64,000 bases of DNA, from positions 8,189-72,188 of the forward strand of contig JBDRCQ010000009.1 in assembly GCA_043821585.1 (NCBI GenBank), read 5' to 3'. Below, in pieces: positions 1-9,576 of the stretch (positions are counted from its first letter, which is position 1; each line of letters starts with the position of its first letter). The stretch comes from an archaeon (GTDB taxonomy: Archaea > Nanobdellota > Nanobdellia > Pacearchaeales > GW2011-AR1). The notes under the pieces were generated by a model, which made no database searches, was not told the origin of the DNA, and worked only from the letters and a program-made list of their open reading frames with translations. The position numbers were made by a program, and so were the translations under genes.

Positions 1-22
1 TTAAAAAGGGGCCGCGAGTGGA

Positions 23-289
23 ATGTTTATGCACGAAGGAGTTATAGTGTACCATTCATTATTGGAGGCAGAGATTGTCCATTGGGATGATGAGAGGCAG
101 GCAGCTAGGGCTAGAGCTAACACTGTTGGGCAGAGGGATGAAAGGGCTGAAAAAAGCATGAAATATTTTGGGGAATGCACAACTCGCATTGTTACACTTA
201 AGGGAATGCGAACTGCACTTTATCAGCAGTTTCCAGGTTTGAAGGAACATTCAACTATAACGCGGCCGATTTTTACCGCTAGTTTTTAA
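23..289 (+). CDS. hypothetical protein (may be 5'-truncated by the window edge)
   Basis: 88-aa ORF converging on the enolase 3' end; no recognisable motif. Confidence 0.4.
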   Translation: MFMHEGVIVYHSLLEAEIVHWDDERQAARARANTVGQRDERAEKSMKYFGECTTRIVTLKGMRTALYQQFPGLKEHSTITRPIFTASF

Positions 290-1415
290 CGATTTTCTCA
301 ATTTCGACTAGTCTTTTTAGCTTGGCTTCGCGCCATTTTGTCGCTACGCCTGCTTTTATGTAATCTGCTCCGAAGCCCACAGCTAGGTCTGCTAACGCAG
401 AGTCGAGAGTTTCACCAGATCGATGGGAAAGAATTGTTCTGATATTGTGCTTTTTGCAGATTTTGAAGATTTCCGCAAGTTCAATTAGAGAGCCGTTTTG
501 GTTTGGTTTGATTATCATTGCGTTCATGGCTTTTGTTTTTATGGCTTTTTTTACACGAGAGATTTGAGTCGCCGTGAGGTCGTCACCGACGACGAGATGG
601 TTTGAGTCCCTATGAATTTTACTGAAACCTTTGAAGTCTTCCTCCTGGAGAGGGTCTTCGCAGTAGAGTATATTGAAATTTCTTATGAGGGCGTTTACAT
701 ATTTTATTTGGGTTTTTTTGTCCAGAGTTCTATTCTTGTAAAGGTAATTTCCATGGCTGTGAAATGCCGATCCTGCAATGTCTGTTCCGATTCGAAGATC
801 CTTGAATTTGGAAAGTTTTTCGAAAACTTGTTCGTCGTTTAAGGAAACTTCCCATGCGCCTTCGTCTGTTTTTTTGTTTGATTTAAGAACTGATTTTAAT
901 TTGGAGTGCGCTGTTTGGAGGAGTTTGAAATTTTTCTTAGGAGAGTTTGTTTGCGGGATTAATAAAAATTCTTGGAAAACTGGATGATTTTTCTTGTGAG
1001 CGTGAAGTCCGCCTTCGACGACGTTGCCGAGGGGAATTGGAAATTTGGTTGGTTGTTTATTTAGCAGTTGGAATAGTTCAACTTTCTTTTCTTTTGCAAG
1101 GGCCTTGAGTATCGCACATTCTAATGCGAAGAGAGCGTTAGCCCCAAACCGTTTTGCATCCTTCAAGCGAGTTTTCTTTTTGATGAATGACTCAACTTTT
1201 TTCAGATCTTCGAAAGAATTAATCTGGATATTGAATCTTGTTTTGTTTAGAAATTTTATGTTCCATTCTAAGGACTTGTGAAAAGAGGGTGTTTCGTGCA
1301 CACCTTTAGATTTGCCTGACGGAGAGGAAGCTTTTACTCCGTTGATCTCCACTTCGATTGTAGGATCGCCCCTAGAATCTTTTATTTTTCTCGCACGCAC
1401 TTCCTTTAAGAACAT
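279..1415 (-). CDS. eno: enolase (phosphopyruvate hydratase), compact form
   Basis: DSRGDPTIEVE, SPSGKSKG, EDP, VVGDDL, IKPNQ, SHRSGET and IKAG motifs; conserved adjacency to rpoK. Confidence 0.95.
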   Translation of the reverse strand: MFLKEVRARKIKDSRGDPTIEVEINGVKASSPSGKSKGVHETPSFHKSLEWNIKFLNKTRFNIQINSFEDLKKVESFIKKKTRLKDAKRFGANALFALECAILKALAKEKKVELFQLLNKQPTKFPIPLGNVVEGGLHAHKKNHPVFQEFLLIPQTNSPKKNFKLLQTAHSKLKSVLKSNKKTDEGAWEVSLNDEQVFEKLSKFKDLRIGTDIAGSAFHSHGNYLYKNRTLDKKTQIKYVNALIRNFNILYCEDPLQEEDFKGFSKIHRDSNHLVVGDDLTATQISRVKKAIKTKAMNAMIIKPNQNGSLIELAEIFKICKKHNIRTILSHRSGETLDSALADLAVGFGADYIKAGVATKWREAKLKRLVEIEKIVKN

Positions 1416-1449
1416 AATTAGATGAGATGACTGAAGTTTTTAAGGATGT

Positions 1450-1827
1450 TTATTTTTCTTCTGAGTCTTCGTCCGAGTCCATTGAGTCTTCGTCCGCGTC
1501 CGCCTCGTTTACGAATCCGATTTCCTTAGCATCTTCTACTATCTCTTTTTCAACTTCCTGAGCTTTTGCGATTAATTCTTCGTCTGAAAGTTGTTCCTCT
1601 TTGATTGCTCCAAGACGGTCTCTGCTTTTCTTAGGCGAAGGTCTGTGGATTGTAATTGGAAGTACTCCCTCGTCAAGCTCGAACTCTGCAATTCTTAGTG
1701 CGTCAAACCTCATTTCCTTCATTTTCTCTTGAGAGATCTTCACCAAAAGAGGCGCATCCATTGCTATTTGAAGAGCCCTGGCACCGATAATCCTTGCAAC
1801 CTCGTATTTTGTAAATTGTCTTTCCAT
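1450..1827 (-). CDS. rpoK: DNA-directed RNA polymerase subunit Rpo6 (K) with acidic C-terminal extension
   Basis: FTKYEVARIIGARALQIAMDAP and LPITIHRP signature. Confidence 0.95.
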   Translation of the reverse strand: MERQFTKYEVARIIGARALQIAMDAPLLVKISQEKMKEMRFDALRIAEFELDEGVLPITIHRPSPKKSRDRLGAIKEEQLSDEELIAKAQEVEKEIVEDAKEIGFVNEADADEDSMDSDEDSEEK

Positions 1828-1839
1828 CTTATAAGAACT

Positions 1840-2655
1840 TTAGAGGAACTTTTTAAGCTTTTTGTTTATCTCTTCGAATTTTTTTGGGATAATTTCCATC
1901 ATTGTTTCAATGTCTGCTTGTTTTAGTGGCGTTTCTCCTTTCTTTTGACAAGAGTTTAACATGAATTGGCCGTTCCAACTTGAGATGCCAAAAGTTATCC
2001 TTGTATCGCATGCTTCTTCTTCTTCCCTAGTCGGATCCAAAATTATTGAGTCTCCTAGTTTGAAGAAGCTGAATGAGATGGGCATGATCTCTTTTGATAA
2101 AGGCAGTTTGTCTTTTGTCTTTTTGTCGTAATTGATCTTACCATCCTTATCGATTTCAGGCATAAGCGTATTGTGAAGTGCTGCGATTGCTCCGATGCTG
2201 GAAGCGTCGATTAGGGCGCCATCGTCATTTATTGGATAAACGTCAATTATGACTGTCCAAACTAGCTCTCCTTTCTTGATGCATAGTTTTTCGAAGTCAA
2301 TCATTCCAGACTCCCTTACTGCTCGGTCAACCAATCTTGGTAGCTCGATGGCATTAAACCCTGGAGGTCCTGATTCAAATCTTGGTGAGGCCATTGGGAG
2401 CAAGTCTCCAGAAACCATCAGGTTTCCCTTATCTGGTGAATCTGGGTAGGGTTCGCCTGTCTGAAGTTTAACTCCGACTACAACATCGGTCTTGCCCATT
2501 CTGACTCTTGCAGAGCCCTCTGCCTTTTTGGAAACATTGTACTCGATTTCAAGCTCCCTTGTGTCGGTTAGTCCTCTTCCGTCGAACCTTTTGCCCTCGC
2601 TAAACATTCTCTTCAGAGTTTCCTTCGTTAAGTTTGATACATCCATACTACTCAT
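1840..2655 (-). CDS. rrp42: exosome complex component Rrp42
   Basis: GKRFDGR, AEGSARVRMGKT, PYPDSPDKG, FESGPP; start taken at MSSMDVS, overlapping the rrp41 stop. Confidence 0.93.
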   Translation of the reverse strand: MSSMDVSNLTKETLKRMFSEGKRFDGRGLTDTRELEIEYNVSKKAEGSARVRMGKTDVVVGVKLQTGEPYPDSPDKGNLMVSGDLLPMASPRFESGPPGFNAIELPRLVDRAVRESGMIDFEKLCIKKGELVWTVIIDVYPINDDGALIDASSIGAIAALHNTLMPEIDKDGKINYDKKTKDKLPLSKEIMPISFSFFKLGDSIILDPTREEEEACDTRITFGISSWNGQFMLNSCQKKGETPLKQADIETMMEIIPKKFEEINKKLKKFL

Positions 2656-3376
2656 TTGATGCCTCCTCGGAAGAACCTTCAACTACTGATTTCAAAGCAT
2701 TCTTTTGAACTTCATAAATTTCCGCACAATTCTTGTTTGCCATTTCCATTACTTCTTTTACCCTTTCTGGTTGTATTTTTCCATCCATTTGCATTAAAGA
2801 GAATTCGTCGGAGTTGGTTAGTTTTGCTATTGCAAAATCTGTTGCCCCTTCGCCCTCTTTGTAATCCTCTTCTTCTTTGTTCAAATCTGAGATTATTGTA
2901 GTGTCATTTTTTCCTAAAGCAACAGAACAGATGAGGCCCTTCATGGGAATTCCTGCGTGGGCCAAGGCCATTGAGGCAGCGTTTATTCCGGCAGTTCTAG
3001 TTCCAGCGTCGGCTTGCAAGATGTATATTTGAACATCGACTACTGTGTTGGGGAATGCACTTAGGTCTACTGCTGGAAGAAGCGCCCATTGCGTAACTTT
3101 TGAAATTTCGTTAGATCTCCTGCTTGGGCCTGGTCGTTTTCGATCAGAGACTGAGAAGCTGAGCAAATCATAGTTGCATCTTAAAATCCCTGTTGAAGGA
3201 TCTTGCATGTGCTGTGGGTGTAATTGTCTTGGTCCGTAGACTGCAGCAATGGCTATTGTGTTTCCGAAAGCAAACATTGCAGAACCATCTGCGTTAGGGA
3301 TTATTCCTACTTTTGCAACCATCTTCCTCATTTCGTCATTCTTTCTTCCGTCTGATCTTTTGAATTCTTTTGCCAT
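2648..3376 (-). CDS. rrp41: exosome complex exonuclease Rrp41
   Basis: RSDGRK, ADGSA, AAVYGPR, RPGPSRRS and QADAGTRTAGINAAS RNase PH motifs. Confidence 0.95.
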   Translation of the reverse strand: MAKEFKRSDGRKNDEMRKMVAKVGIIPNADGSAMFAFGNTIAIAAVYGPRQLHPQHMQDPSTGILRCNYDLLSFSVSDRKRPGPSRRSNEISKVTQWALLPAVDLSAFPNTVVDVQIYILQADAGTRTAGINAASMALAHAGIPMKGLICSVALGKNDTTIISDLNKEEEDYKEGEGATDFAIAKLTNSDEFSLMQMDGKIQPERVKEVMEMANKNCAEIYEVQKNALKSVVEGSSEEASNE

Positions 3377-4096
3377 CTAATCTTTTTCTTGGAACCAAGC
3401 CTCCACTTTTTCTGTTAAACCGCTAACATGAACCTTGTCCGCGACAAACTCTACTGCTTTTCTCGCTTTGATTTCTGCGTCTACGGAAGGACCCTTTATC
3501 CAAATCCATCCGTTTTGTCCTACTGTGATTTGGCAACCTGTTCTTTCTTTTATCAAATTAACCATACTACCTTCTCGACCGATTACTCTTGGAACTCTGC
3601 TAGGAATTATCCTGAAAATAAAGCCCTCTTCTAATTTTCCTAGTCCCTTCCCCTTAAGCGTTAAGTCTATTCCCTTTCCTTTTACAGTCCATATTTTCGC
3701 TGAGATTACATCGCCGATTGCGAGATATTGATCCATTTCATTTCGGTTGATAAATCTTGGCGATTCTTCGATTGGCACGAACGCGGAAGATGCAGAATCG
3801 ATGTCTATGAGCCAACCAGAGTAGGTTATGTCTGTGACCCTTCCGATTATAACGTTGTTTCTTCTTGGGACAAATGCTCCAAAGATAGGGATTAGTTTGA
3901 TTACTCTGCCGGCCTCTTCCGCCAAACCGAATTTGCTCGCAACGATTTTAGAACCTTCTCTTCTTGTACCTTCGCCTGGGAGGTAATCATCTCCTTCGAC
4001 AATGGTTTCTCCAGGAACAACGATCCTCCTCTTGGTTTCAGAACTGTGGTTAGAATCATCGATGGCTTCAGGTGCCTCGTTAATAGCTTCTTCCAT
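3377..4096 (-). CDS. rrp4: exosome RNA-binding protein Rrp4 (S1 + KH)
   Basis: IVVPGE, S1 region, VPRVIGREGSM KH motif, GQNGWIWI; ATG start at 4096 preferred. Confidence 0.93.
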   Translation of the reverse strand: MEEAINEAPEAIDDSNHSSETKRRIVVPGETIVEGDDYLPGEGTRREGSKIVASKFGLAEEAGRVIKLIPIFGAFVPRRNNVIIGRVTDITYSGWLIDIDSASSAFVPIEESPRFINRNEMDQYLAIGDVISAKIWTVKGKGIDLTLKGKGLGKLEEGFIFRIIPSRVPRVIGREGSMVNLIKERTGCQITVGQNGWIWIKGPSVDAEIKARKAVEFVADKVHVSGLTEKVEAWFQEKD

Positions 4097-4173
4097 TGTA
4101 ATTGTAATAGGCAAAACAGAATAATTGTAGTATTCCGATGCGTCTTTTCAAGATTTTTTAGATTAGAGGGTTT

Positions 4174-5103
4174 TTAAAATTTGTGGTTGGCTGATAGGAG
4201 GTGGTTTAAGAGGGCCATCCTTACAAAGAGGCCATTTTGAACCTGCCGGAAGTAAGCGATTCTGGTATCTTTCTGTTCTATATCGGTTGGTAAGTCTATT
4301 TCTTCAACGTGGGGTAGGGGGTGCAAGATTCTCGCGTCTAGTCTGACAAGCGAAAGATTACCTGAATTGATCACATATTTCCCCTTGGCTTTTTCATATT
4401 CTTCGGGCAACATTCTTTCTTTTTGAATTCTCGTCATATAAGCTATATCAACAAGGGGAAGTATTTTGTTCAAATCCGTTTCTTCCTCAAAACTGACCGC
4501 ATGGTCTTTTAGATATTCCTTTATGTCTTCGCGCATTTTGAGATTTTTAGGAGATACAAAGATTATTTTGATATCATTGAATTTTCCTAAAAGATAGCAG
4601 AGAGAGCGGACAGTTCTTCCGTAGGCAAGATCTCCGATCATTGCAATTTTTAGTCCGTCCACCTTGCCACATTCCTTGTAGATTGTGTAAAGATCTAGGA
4701 GCGCTTGTGTGGGATGTTGTCCGCCGCCATCTCCAGCGTTTATTACTGGAACTGGACTGATTGCTGCTGCTCTTGCAGCCGCGCCTTCTTCGAAGTGCCT
4801 CATGACTATACAGTCAGCATAACATGCGACAGTTCTTGCCGTATCCTCGATAGACTCTCCTTTCACGGCAGAAGAGAATTCTTTTGCGTTTTCTGTTGTC
4901 AGAATCCTACCGCCCAAGCGCATCATTGCAGATTCAAAACTGAGGCGAGTTCTTGTGCTCGGTTCGTAGAAAAGAGTTGCTAATATTTTTCCTTTTAGAG
5001 GTTTTTGATCAGATTTTTGAAGCTCGTCAGCCTTATGAAAAAGCTCGAAGATCACCTCAGAGGAAAGTTGTTGAGTTTCAACAAGATGCTTTAGGTTATC
5101 CAT
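4174..5103 (-). CDS. pyrB: aspartate carbamoyltransferase catalytic subunit
   Basis: FYEPSTRTRLSFE, NAGDG..HPTQALLD, GDLAYGRTVRSL, YMTRIQKER, HPLP. Confidence 0.96.
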   Translation of the reverse strand: MDNLKHLVETQQLSSEVIFELFHKADELQKSDQKPLKGKILATLFYEPSTRTRLSFESAMMRLGGRILTTENAKEFSSAVKGESIEDTARTVACYADCIVMRHFEEGAAARAAAISPVPVINAGDGGGQHPTQALLDLYTIYKECGKVDGLKIAMIGDLAYGRTVRSLCYLLGKFNDIKIIFVSPKNLKMREDIKEYLKDHAVSFEEETDLNKILPLVDIAYMTRIQKERMLPEEYEKAKGKYVINSGNLSLVRLDARILHPLPHVEEIDLPTDIEQKDTRIAYFRQVQNGLFVRMALLNHLLSANHKF

Positions 5104-5213
5104 TAAAGTAAGGTTTTGCTTTTTATCTATTTAAGGATATTTGGTTTGTGAGAAATATTTTGTAAAGATAAAAAGAATTAAAAGGTGTAATTCGTTCTAT
5201 TGGTTTCCCTTAA

Positions 5214-5891
5214 CTATTCTTGTTGAGGCAGCTCTTCTGATTGTATTGCACCGTGAGCGACTGAGTTAATTTTGTCGAAGAAGTCCATCACCAGTCCTGC
5301 AGGGATATTTAAGACGGTTTGGAGATTTCCATTCGAGAGCCATTCTTCGCTCTCCTTGTACTCTTGAATTAGGCCGTACGCTTGTCCGGTGTATTGCGCA
5401 GGTATTGTGATTTTTATTCTCTTTGTCTCGATCCTTATGGGAAGCACTTCTTTAAGTTTAGAAACAACGTCTACCATTTGTTTTTCTGCCGGGCGCTTGT
5501 CAAAACTGTAATGTATATCCCCTATGGCCGATCTGATTCTGTCCTCAGTGTAGGGTCTGCCATGTTGATCTGTCGCGTTCTTTAAGATTAGGTTTACTAC
5601 TTGTTTCACCCTCTTTTCTCTTTCTTCATCGCGATATTCTTGTGTCTTTTGCACTTCTCCTTTTTGGATTATATGTTTTGCAACCTCGTAAACGTCAGAC
5701 GTTCCGAAGGCATCCTCTAGGTCTTCTTGTGAGGCCTTTGTGCCTTTTTTTAAATCATAGTACACCTCTGGAGACTGTAGTGCAGAGGTTATATCCCCTT
5801 CTCCATTTTTAACCTTGAGAGCCTCATCTAGGTCTACAGATATTTCGTAATGCTTTCCTTTTGCCCTTATTCTTGCTTCCACATTTGGCAT
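5214..5891 (-). CDS. ribosome maturation factor SBDS/SDO1
   Basis: ARIRAKGKHYEISVD, KASQEDLEDAFGT, IIQKGEVQ, PIRIE; normal neighbour of exosome genes. Confidence 0.9.
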   Translation of the reverse strand: MPNVEARIRAKGKHYEISVDLDEALKVKNGEGDITSALQSPEVYYDLKKGTKASQEDLEDAFGTSDVYEVAKHIIQKGEVQKTQEYRDEEREKRVKQVVNLILKNATDQHGRPYTEDRIRSAIGDIHYSFDKRPAEKQMVDVVSKLKEVLPIRIETKRIKITIPAQYTGQAYGLIQEYKESEEWLSNGNLQTVLNIPAGLVMDFFDKINSVAHGAIQSEELPQQE

Positions 5892-6016
5892 GTTTTGCTT
5901 AATAAGTGATGATTAATAAATATTGTTATTTGATTGAACCAAAAGTTGTCTTTGATTAAAGCCGTCTAGGGCTGCAGAAAGAAATGTGCGCTCGGCGCGC
6001 GGCCTTTTTTATGAAT

Positions 6017-6065
6017 CTGCTCGACTGCGCTGTGCGGTTCCTCGACTTTGTCTGCGGACCTGCTC
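6017..6065. repeat. dispersed GC-rich intergenic repeat, copy 1
   Basis: CTGCTCGACTGCGCTGTGCGGTTCCTCG (6017-6044) matches 62532-62559 at 26/28; CTGCGGACCTGCTC (6052-6065) matches 62524-62537 exactly. Confidence 0.75.
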
Positions 6066-6137
6066 ACTATGTCTCACGCATTAGTAAAACTTAAAAACGC
6101 AGGAGTTATTGTGTTTGTAGAATTCTGAGGAAGAAAA

Positions 6138-6863
6138 ATGGATATGCCATCTGAAATGCAGCATCAGGCAATGGGTTACGATAGAGCGGCGACTATGTTT
6201 TCGCCTGACGGACACTTATTGCAAGTAGAGTACGCGGAGAAGACAGTTAGGCTTGGAAGTGCGAGTATTGGGATGGTTTGTAAAGATGGCGTTGTTATCG
6301 TCGCTGATAAGAGGATAAGAGACAAATTGATTTCTCCCGAGTCCGCACATAAGATTTTTGAAATTGATCATCACGCGATGGCTTCCTTTGCAGGAATGTT
6401 GGCGGACGCTAGGATTTTGATTGACCAGGTTCAAGTTGTTGCACAGCAGAATAGGATTACCTATGGAAGCCCTGCGGAGCCAGTTACTTTGATTAGAATG
6501 ATCGCAGATAGGCAACAAGCATTTACTCAGTATGGTGGAGCGAGGCCGTTTGGTATCTCAATGATGTTAGGTGGCGTCAATAAGGGAAAGGGCCATCTGT
6601 ATACTTCAGATGTGACTGGAAATTATTTTGCGTATAAGGCGAATGCAGTTGGGGAGAATGACGAAAAGATAAAGGAGATTTTAAGGAAAGATTTTAAGGA
6701 AGAAATGAGTGTCGATGAGGGAATTAAGTTTGGGCTGAAAGTTTTCAAGGAGATTTTGGGCAAGAACTTTGATGTTGCCAGATTTGAGGTTGGTTCTATA
6801 AAACTAGCTGATGCGAAGCTGGAAAGACTTCAAGGCGAACAGTTGAAGAAGTTTGTTAAATAA
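6138..6863 (+). CDS. psmA: proteasome subunit alpha
   Basis: GYDRAATMFSPDGHLLQVEYA N-terminal signature; TQYGGARPFG. Confidence 0.96.
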   Translation: MDMPSEMQHQAMGYDRAATMFSPDGHLLQVEYAEKTVRLGSASIGMVCKDGVVIVADKRIRDKLISPESAHKIFEIDHHAMASFAGMLADARILIDQVQVVAQQNRITYGSPAEPVTLIRMIADRQQAFTQYGGARPFGISMMLGGVNKGKGHLYTSDVTGNYFAYKANAVGENDEKIKEILRKDFKEEMSVDEGIKFGLKVFKEILGKNFDVARFEVGSIKLADAKLERLQGEQLKKFVK

Positions 6864-6874
6864 TCTGACTTTGA

Positions 6875-7120
6875 TTAAAACCTTAAATCCTCGTTGACTT
6901 GTGGTTCGTCATCGCCAATTAGTTGGAATCCAATTTCCAAACGGGTTGATAAGCTAAGATGTTCATCGAAAAGGGTAAGGGGTCTGTTCTCAGATTCGTT
7001 GTTCAAGGCACGAGTATTTGCAGCGTCAATTGCCCTCAATACTGAAGGTTTACACCCAGTTTCATAATGGTTGGTTCCAGAATATTTTACTCCGCAAATT
7101 GGACAATAACCTTCGGGCAC
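6875..7120 (-). CDS. small hypothetical protein with CxxC...H...C putative zinc finger
   Basis: YCPICG...NHYETGC; fills the gap downstream of the DUF106 gene. Confidence 0.5.
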   Translation of the reverse strand: MPEGYCPICGVKYSGTNHYETGCKPSVLRAIDAANTRALNNESENRPLTLFDEHLSLSTRLEIGFQLIGDDEPQVNEDLRF

Positions 7121-7197
7121 TCTTACAGCCTTACAATTTTTATTTATTTTTCCAAACCCCCTAAGAATAAAATTAACTGCCCGTTTTAAAAACTTTT

Positions 7198-7725
7198 CTA
7201 AGCAACGTTAAAGACTTTTCTAAATATTGGTGTGAAGATAAAGCTCATTAGTATGTAGGCCCAGAACCAGCTCATAAATCCAAAGATTTTTACAGGATTT
7301 GCTGCGAAGTAGTCGTTAAACCATCTAAAGAAAAGTATTATTGGGATTGATGTGTACATTATCGGGCGAAGTGTTATATCCATCGTTCGCGGAAGGAATT
7401 CAAATTGTTTCTTGTTTAGTGCTAATACTTTCTCTGGGTCGTGCTTGTACTTTTTGATTTCTGCCTGAATGAGCTTCTGTTCCTTTTTTATTTGGCGAAG
7501 GGTTTCTTGGTCCGTTGTGTATTTTTGAATCAGGGTGATAAATAAAGATATGGCTGCAGAAAACAAAGCGATTCCGATTGTGGCGTTCCAGTTGAGGAGG
7601 ACGCCTGCGGTTGGATCAAGAACATAGTGCACGGTTTGGCTGATTATGGGCATGCGAGGCCAGAAGAAGGCTATGCCTAAGCTTACTGCCATAACAATCA
7701 TAAGATTTCTTGTTGATTTTGCCAT
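7198..7725 (-). CDS. DUF106 / EMC3-TMCO1 (Oxa1 superfamily) membrane insertase-like protein
   Basis: TM, coiled coil (TDQETLRQIKKEQK), then TM-TM with W..YIL; canonical position downstream of secY. Confidence 0.85.
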   Translation of the reverse strand: MAKSTRNLMIVMAVSLGIAFFWPRMPIISQTVHYVLDPTAGVLLNWNATIGIALFSAAISLFITLIQKYTTDQETLRQIKKEQKLIQAEIKKYKHDPEKVLALNKKQFEFLPRTMDITLRPIMYTSIPIILFFRWFNDYFAANPVKIFGFMSWFWAYILMSFIFTPIFRKVFNVA

Positions 7726-7767
7726 TTTACTCTTTTATTACTGTAGGGATGAAAGAATGTTTTTAAA

Positions 7768-9168
7768 TTATCCCATAAACTTTCTTAGGGACGGATGCAT
7801 ATCGACTGCGTGCTGTTGTGCGATGTTTTGGTATAATTGATACATTATCATAACGGCTAGCAAGATGGATGTCCCGCCGGTCATTGCCCCTACGACATTT
7901 GCAATGGAGCCGAGAAATCCTATCGCGAGTCCACCCATAATGGTTAATGGCATGATATATCTCTTTAGTATTGACTCTAAAACTCTTGGGTCCTTTCTAA
8001 ACCCTGGAATCTGAAGGCCGGAGGAAAGGATGTTCTTCGCTTGGCTTGATTCGTCCATGCCAGAGGTTTTTACCCAGAATACTGCGAAGATCGCAGCAAA
8101 TACCATGTAGAACAGTACGTGAATAAGGGTTTGCCAAACAAAGATTGATTGGAAACTTCCCCTAATTAATGCTTCTACGATGTTTGTACTACCTATCCAA
8201 AACGAGAAGCCAGAGATCGGTCGGCCGTTAGCAAATTCGCCAAGAAGGGTTGGGTGTCCAAGCCAATTCTGCAAGAGATTACCAAACAGTTGAACATTTG
8301 CTGCGAGTGCTGAGACTAAGATTACCGGGATGACGCTTGAGTAGAAGAAAGCAAGAGGCCACTTGACACTGTATCCTCTGATCCTCTCATAAGAAAGAGG
8401 AATCTCAATCTTTAATGCCTGTGCCCAGACTACTCCAAGGAATATTAGGACTGTCGCTAAGATTGCTGCGATGGCAGAGAATGCTTCTGTCGGGGCAGGG
8501 TTAATCACCGATTGAAGGATTACTAAAACATTTCCTACGCAAGGAGTGTTCGAGAAATCTGCTAAACAATTAGCTCCGGATACATCTATGAACTGGAAGA
8601 GGCCATTAAACAGGCTCCATGCGACGCCGGCTACAATAAATAGAGAAACTCCTGACCCGAAGCCCCACTTCTGCATTACCTCGTCCATGAACATTATCGC
8701 AAGACCTCCGAGAATCAATTGAAAGATCAAAATTTGTGCACCCCACGCAAGTGCAGGATCCGGCTGTAGTCCACCCATCACCACATAAACTGTAGCTTCA
8801 AAGATTATGAAGAAGACTACGCCTATCTTCTGCAATCCTTGAAAGTATCTTTTACCGTCTTCTGTTTTAGTGTCTATATTCAGAATCCCTGAACCGACGA
8901 GCAGTTGCAAAATAATCGAAGACATGACAATTGGACCGATACCCAAACTAATTATCGTGCCAAATTGGGAAGCTAGAATAGTCTGCAAGAACTCAAGATT
9001 GCCGAGAGCATTCTCTGAAATCCCATAGAGATCTATGTTGGCCATGATGAAAAATGCGGCTAGGACTATTAACGTCCATTTGAGTTTGACATTAAAACTA
9101 AGTTTTTTCTCAGTGGGCTTTCTAACCTCGGGGAGGTTGTATAGGATGTTTTTTAGGGCTAAAGCCAT
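7768..9168 (-). CDS. secY: protein translocase subunit SecY
   Basis: KLKWT, LGIGPIVMSSIILQLL, KWGFGSGVSLFI, IPGFRKDPR, GTSILLAV. Confidence 0.97.
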   Translation of the reverse strand: MALALKNILYNLPEVRKPTEKKLSFNVKLKWTLIVLAAFFIMANIDLYGISENALGNLEFLQTILASQFGTIISLGIGPIVMSSIILQLLVGSGILNIDTKTEDGKRYFQGLQKIGVVFFIIFEATVYVVMGGLQPDPALAWGAQILIFQLILGGLAIMFMDEVMQKWGFGSGVSLFIVAGVAWSLFNGLFQFIDVSGANCLADFSNTPCVGNVLVILQSVINPAPTEAFSAIAAILATVLIFLGVVWAQALKIEIPLSYERIRGYSVKWPLAFFYSSVIPVILVSALAANVQLFGNLLQNWLGHPTLLGEFANGRPISGFSFWIGSTNIVEALIRGSFQSIFVWQTLIHVLFYMVFAAIFAVFWVKTSGMDESSQAKNILSSGLQIPGFRKDPRVLESILKRYIMPLTIMGGLAIGFLGSIANVVGAMTGGTSILLAVMIMYQLYQNIAQQHAVDMHPSLRKFMG

Positions 9169-9171
9169 TGT

Positions 9172-9576
9172 TTACGCCTTTTTTACAGTTATATCTCCGC
9201 CAGCTTTTTTAACTTTGTCTATTGCGGATTTTGAAGCTGCGTCTGCCTTGATTTGTAGTTTGATCTTGACTTCTCCGACAGAAAGCACCTTATATCCCTT
9301 AAGAACAATTTCTTTTTTTGTGTCAAAGCTTTCTTGGATTTGTCTGAGGTTTATTGACTTCAATTTCTTTGTGACTTTTTTCCTAAGAGTTTTATCTTTT
9401 CCGAATGGATGATTTACCAAATCCTTCTTCTGGTCTCCCCTCTTTCCGGAACCTGCGTTACCAATGCCTCCTCTGTGCCCTGATCCCCTTGCCTTCTTCT
9501 TTGCTCCTCTGGATGCAGTATGACTTCCGCGATGTCTTGTATTCTTCTTTCTTTTCTTATTGATCGTCATCTTCAT
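9172..9576 (-). CDS. rpl15: 50S ribosomal protein uL15
   Basis: RHRGSHT, RGSGHRGGIGNAGSGKRGDQK, SKSAIDKVKKAGG. Confidence 0.93.
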   Translation of the reverse strand: MKMTINKKRKKNTRHRGSHTASRGAKKKARGSGHRGGIGNAGSGKRGDQKKDLVNHPFGKDKTLRKKVTKKLKSINLRQIQESFDTKKEIVLKGYKVLSVGEVKIKLQIKADAASKSAIDKVKKAGGDITVKKA

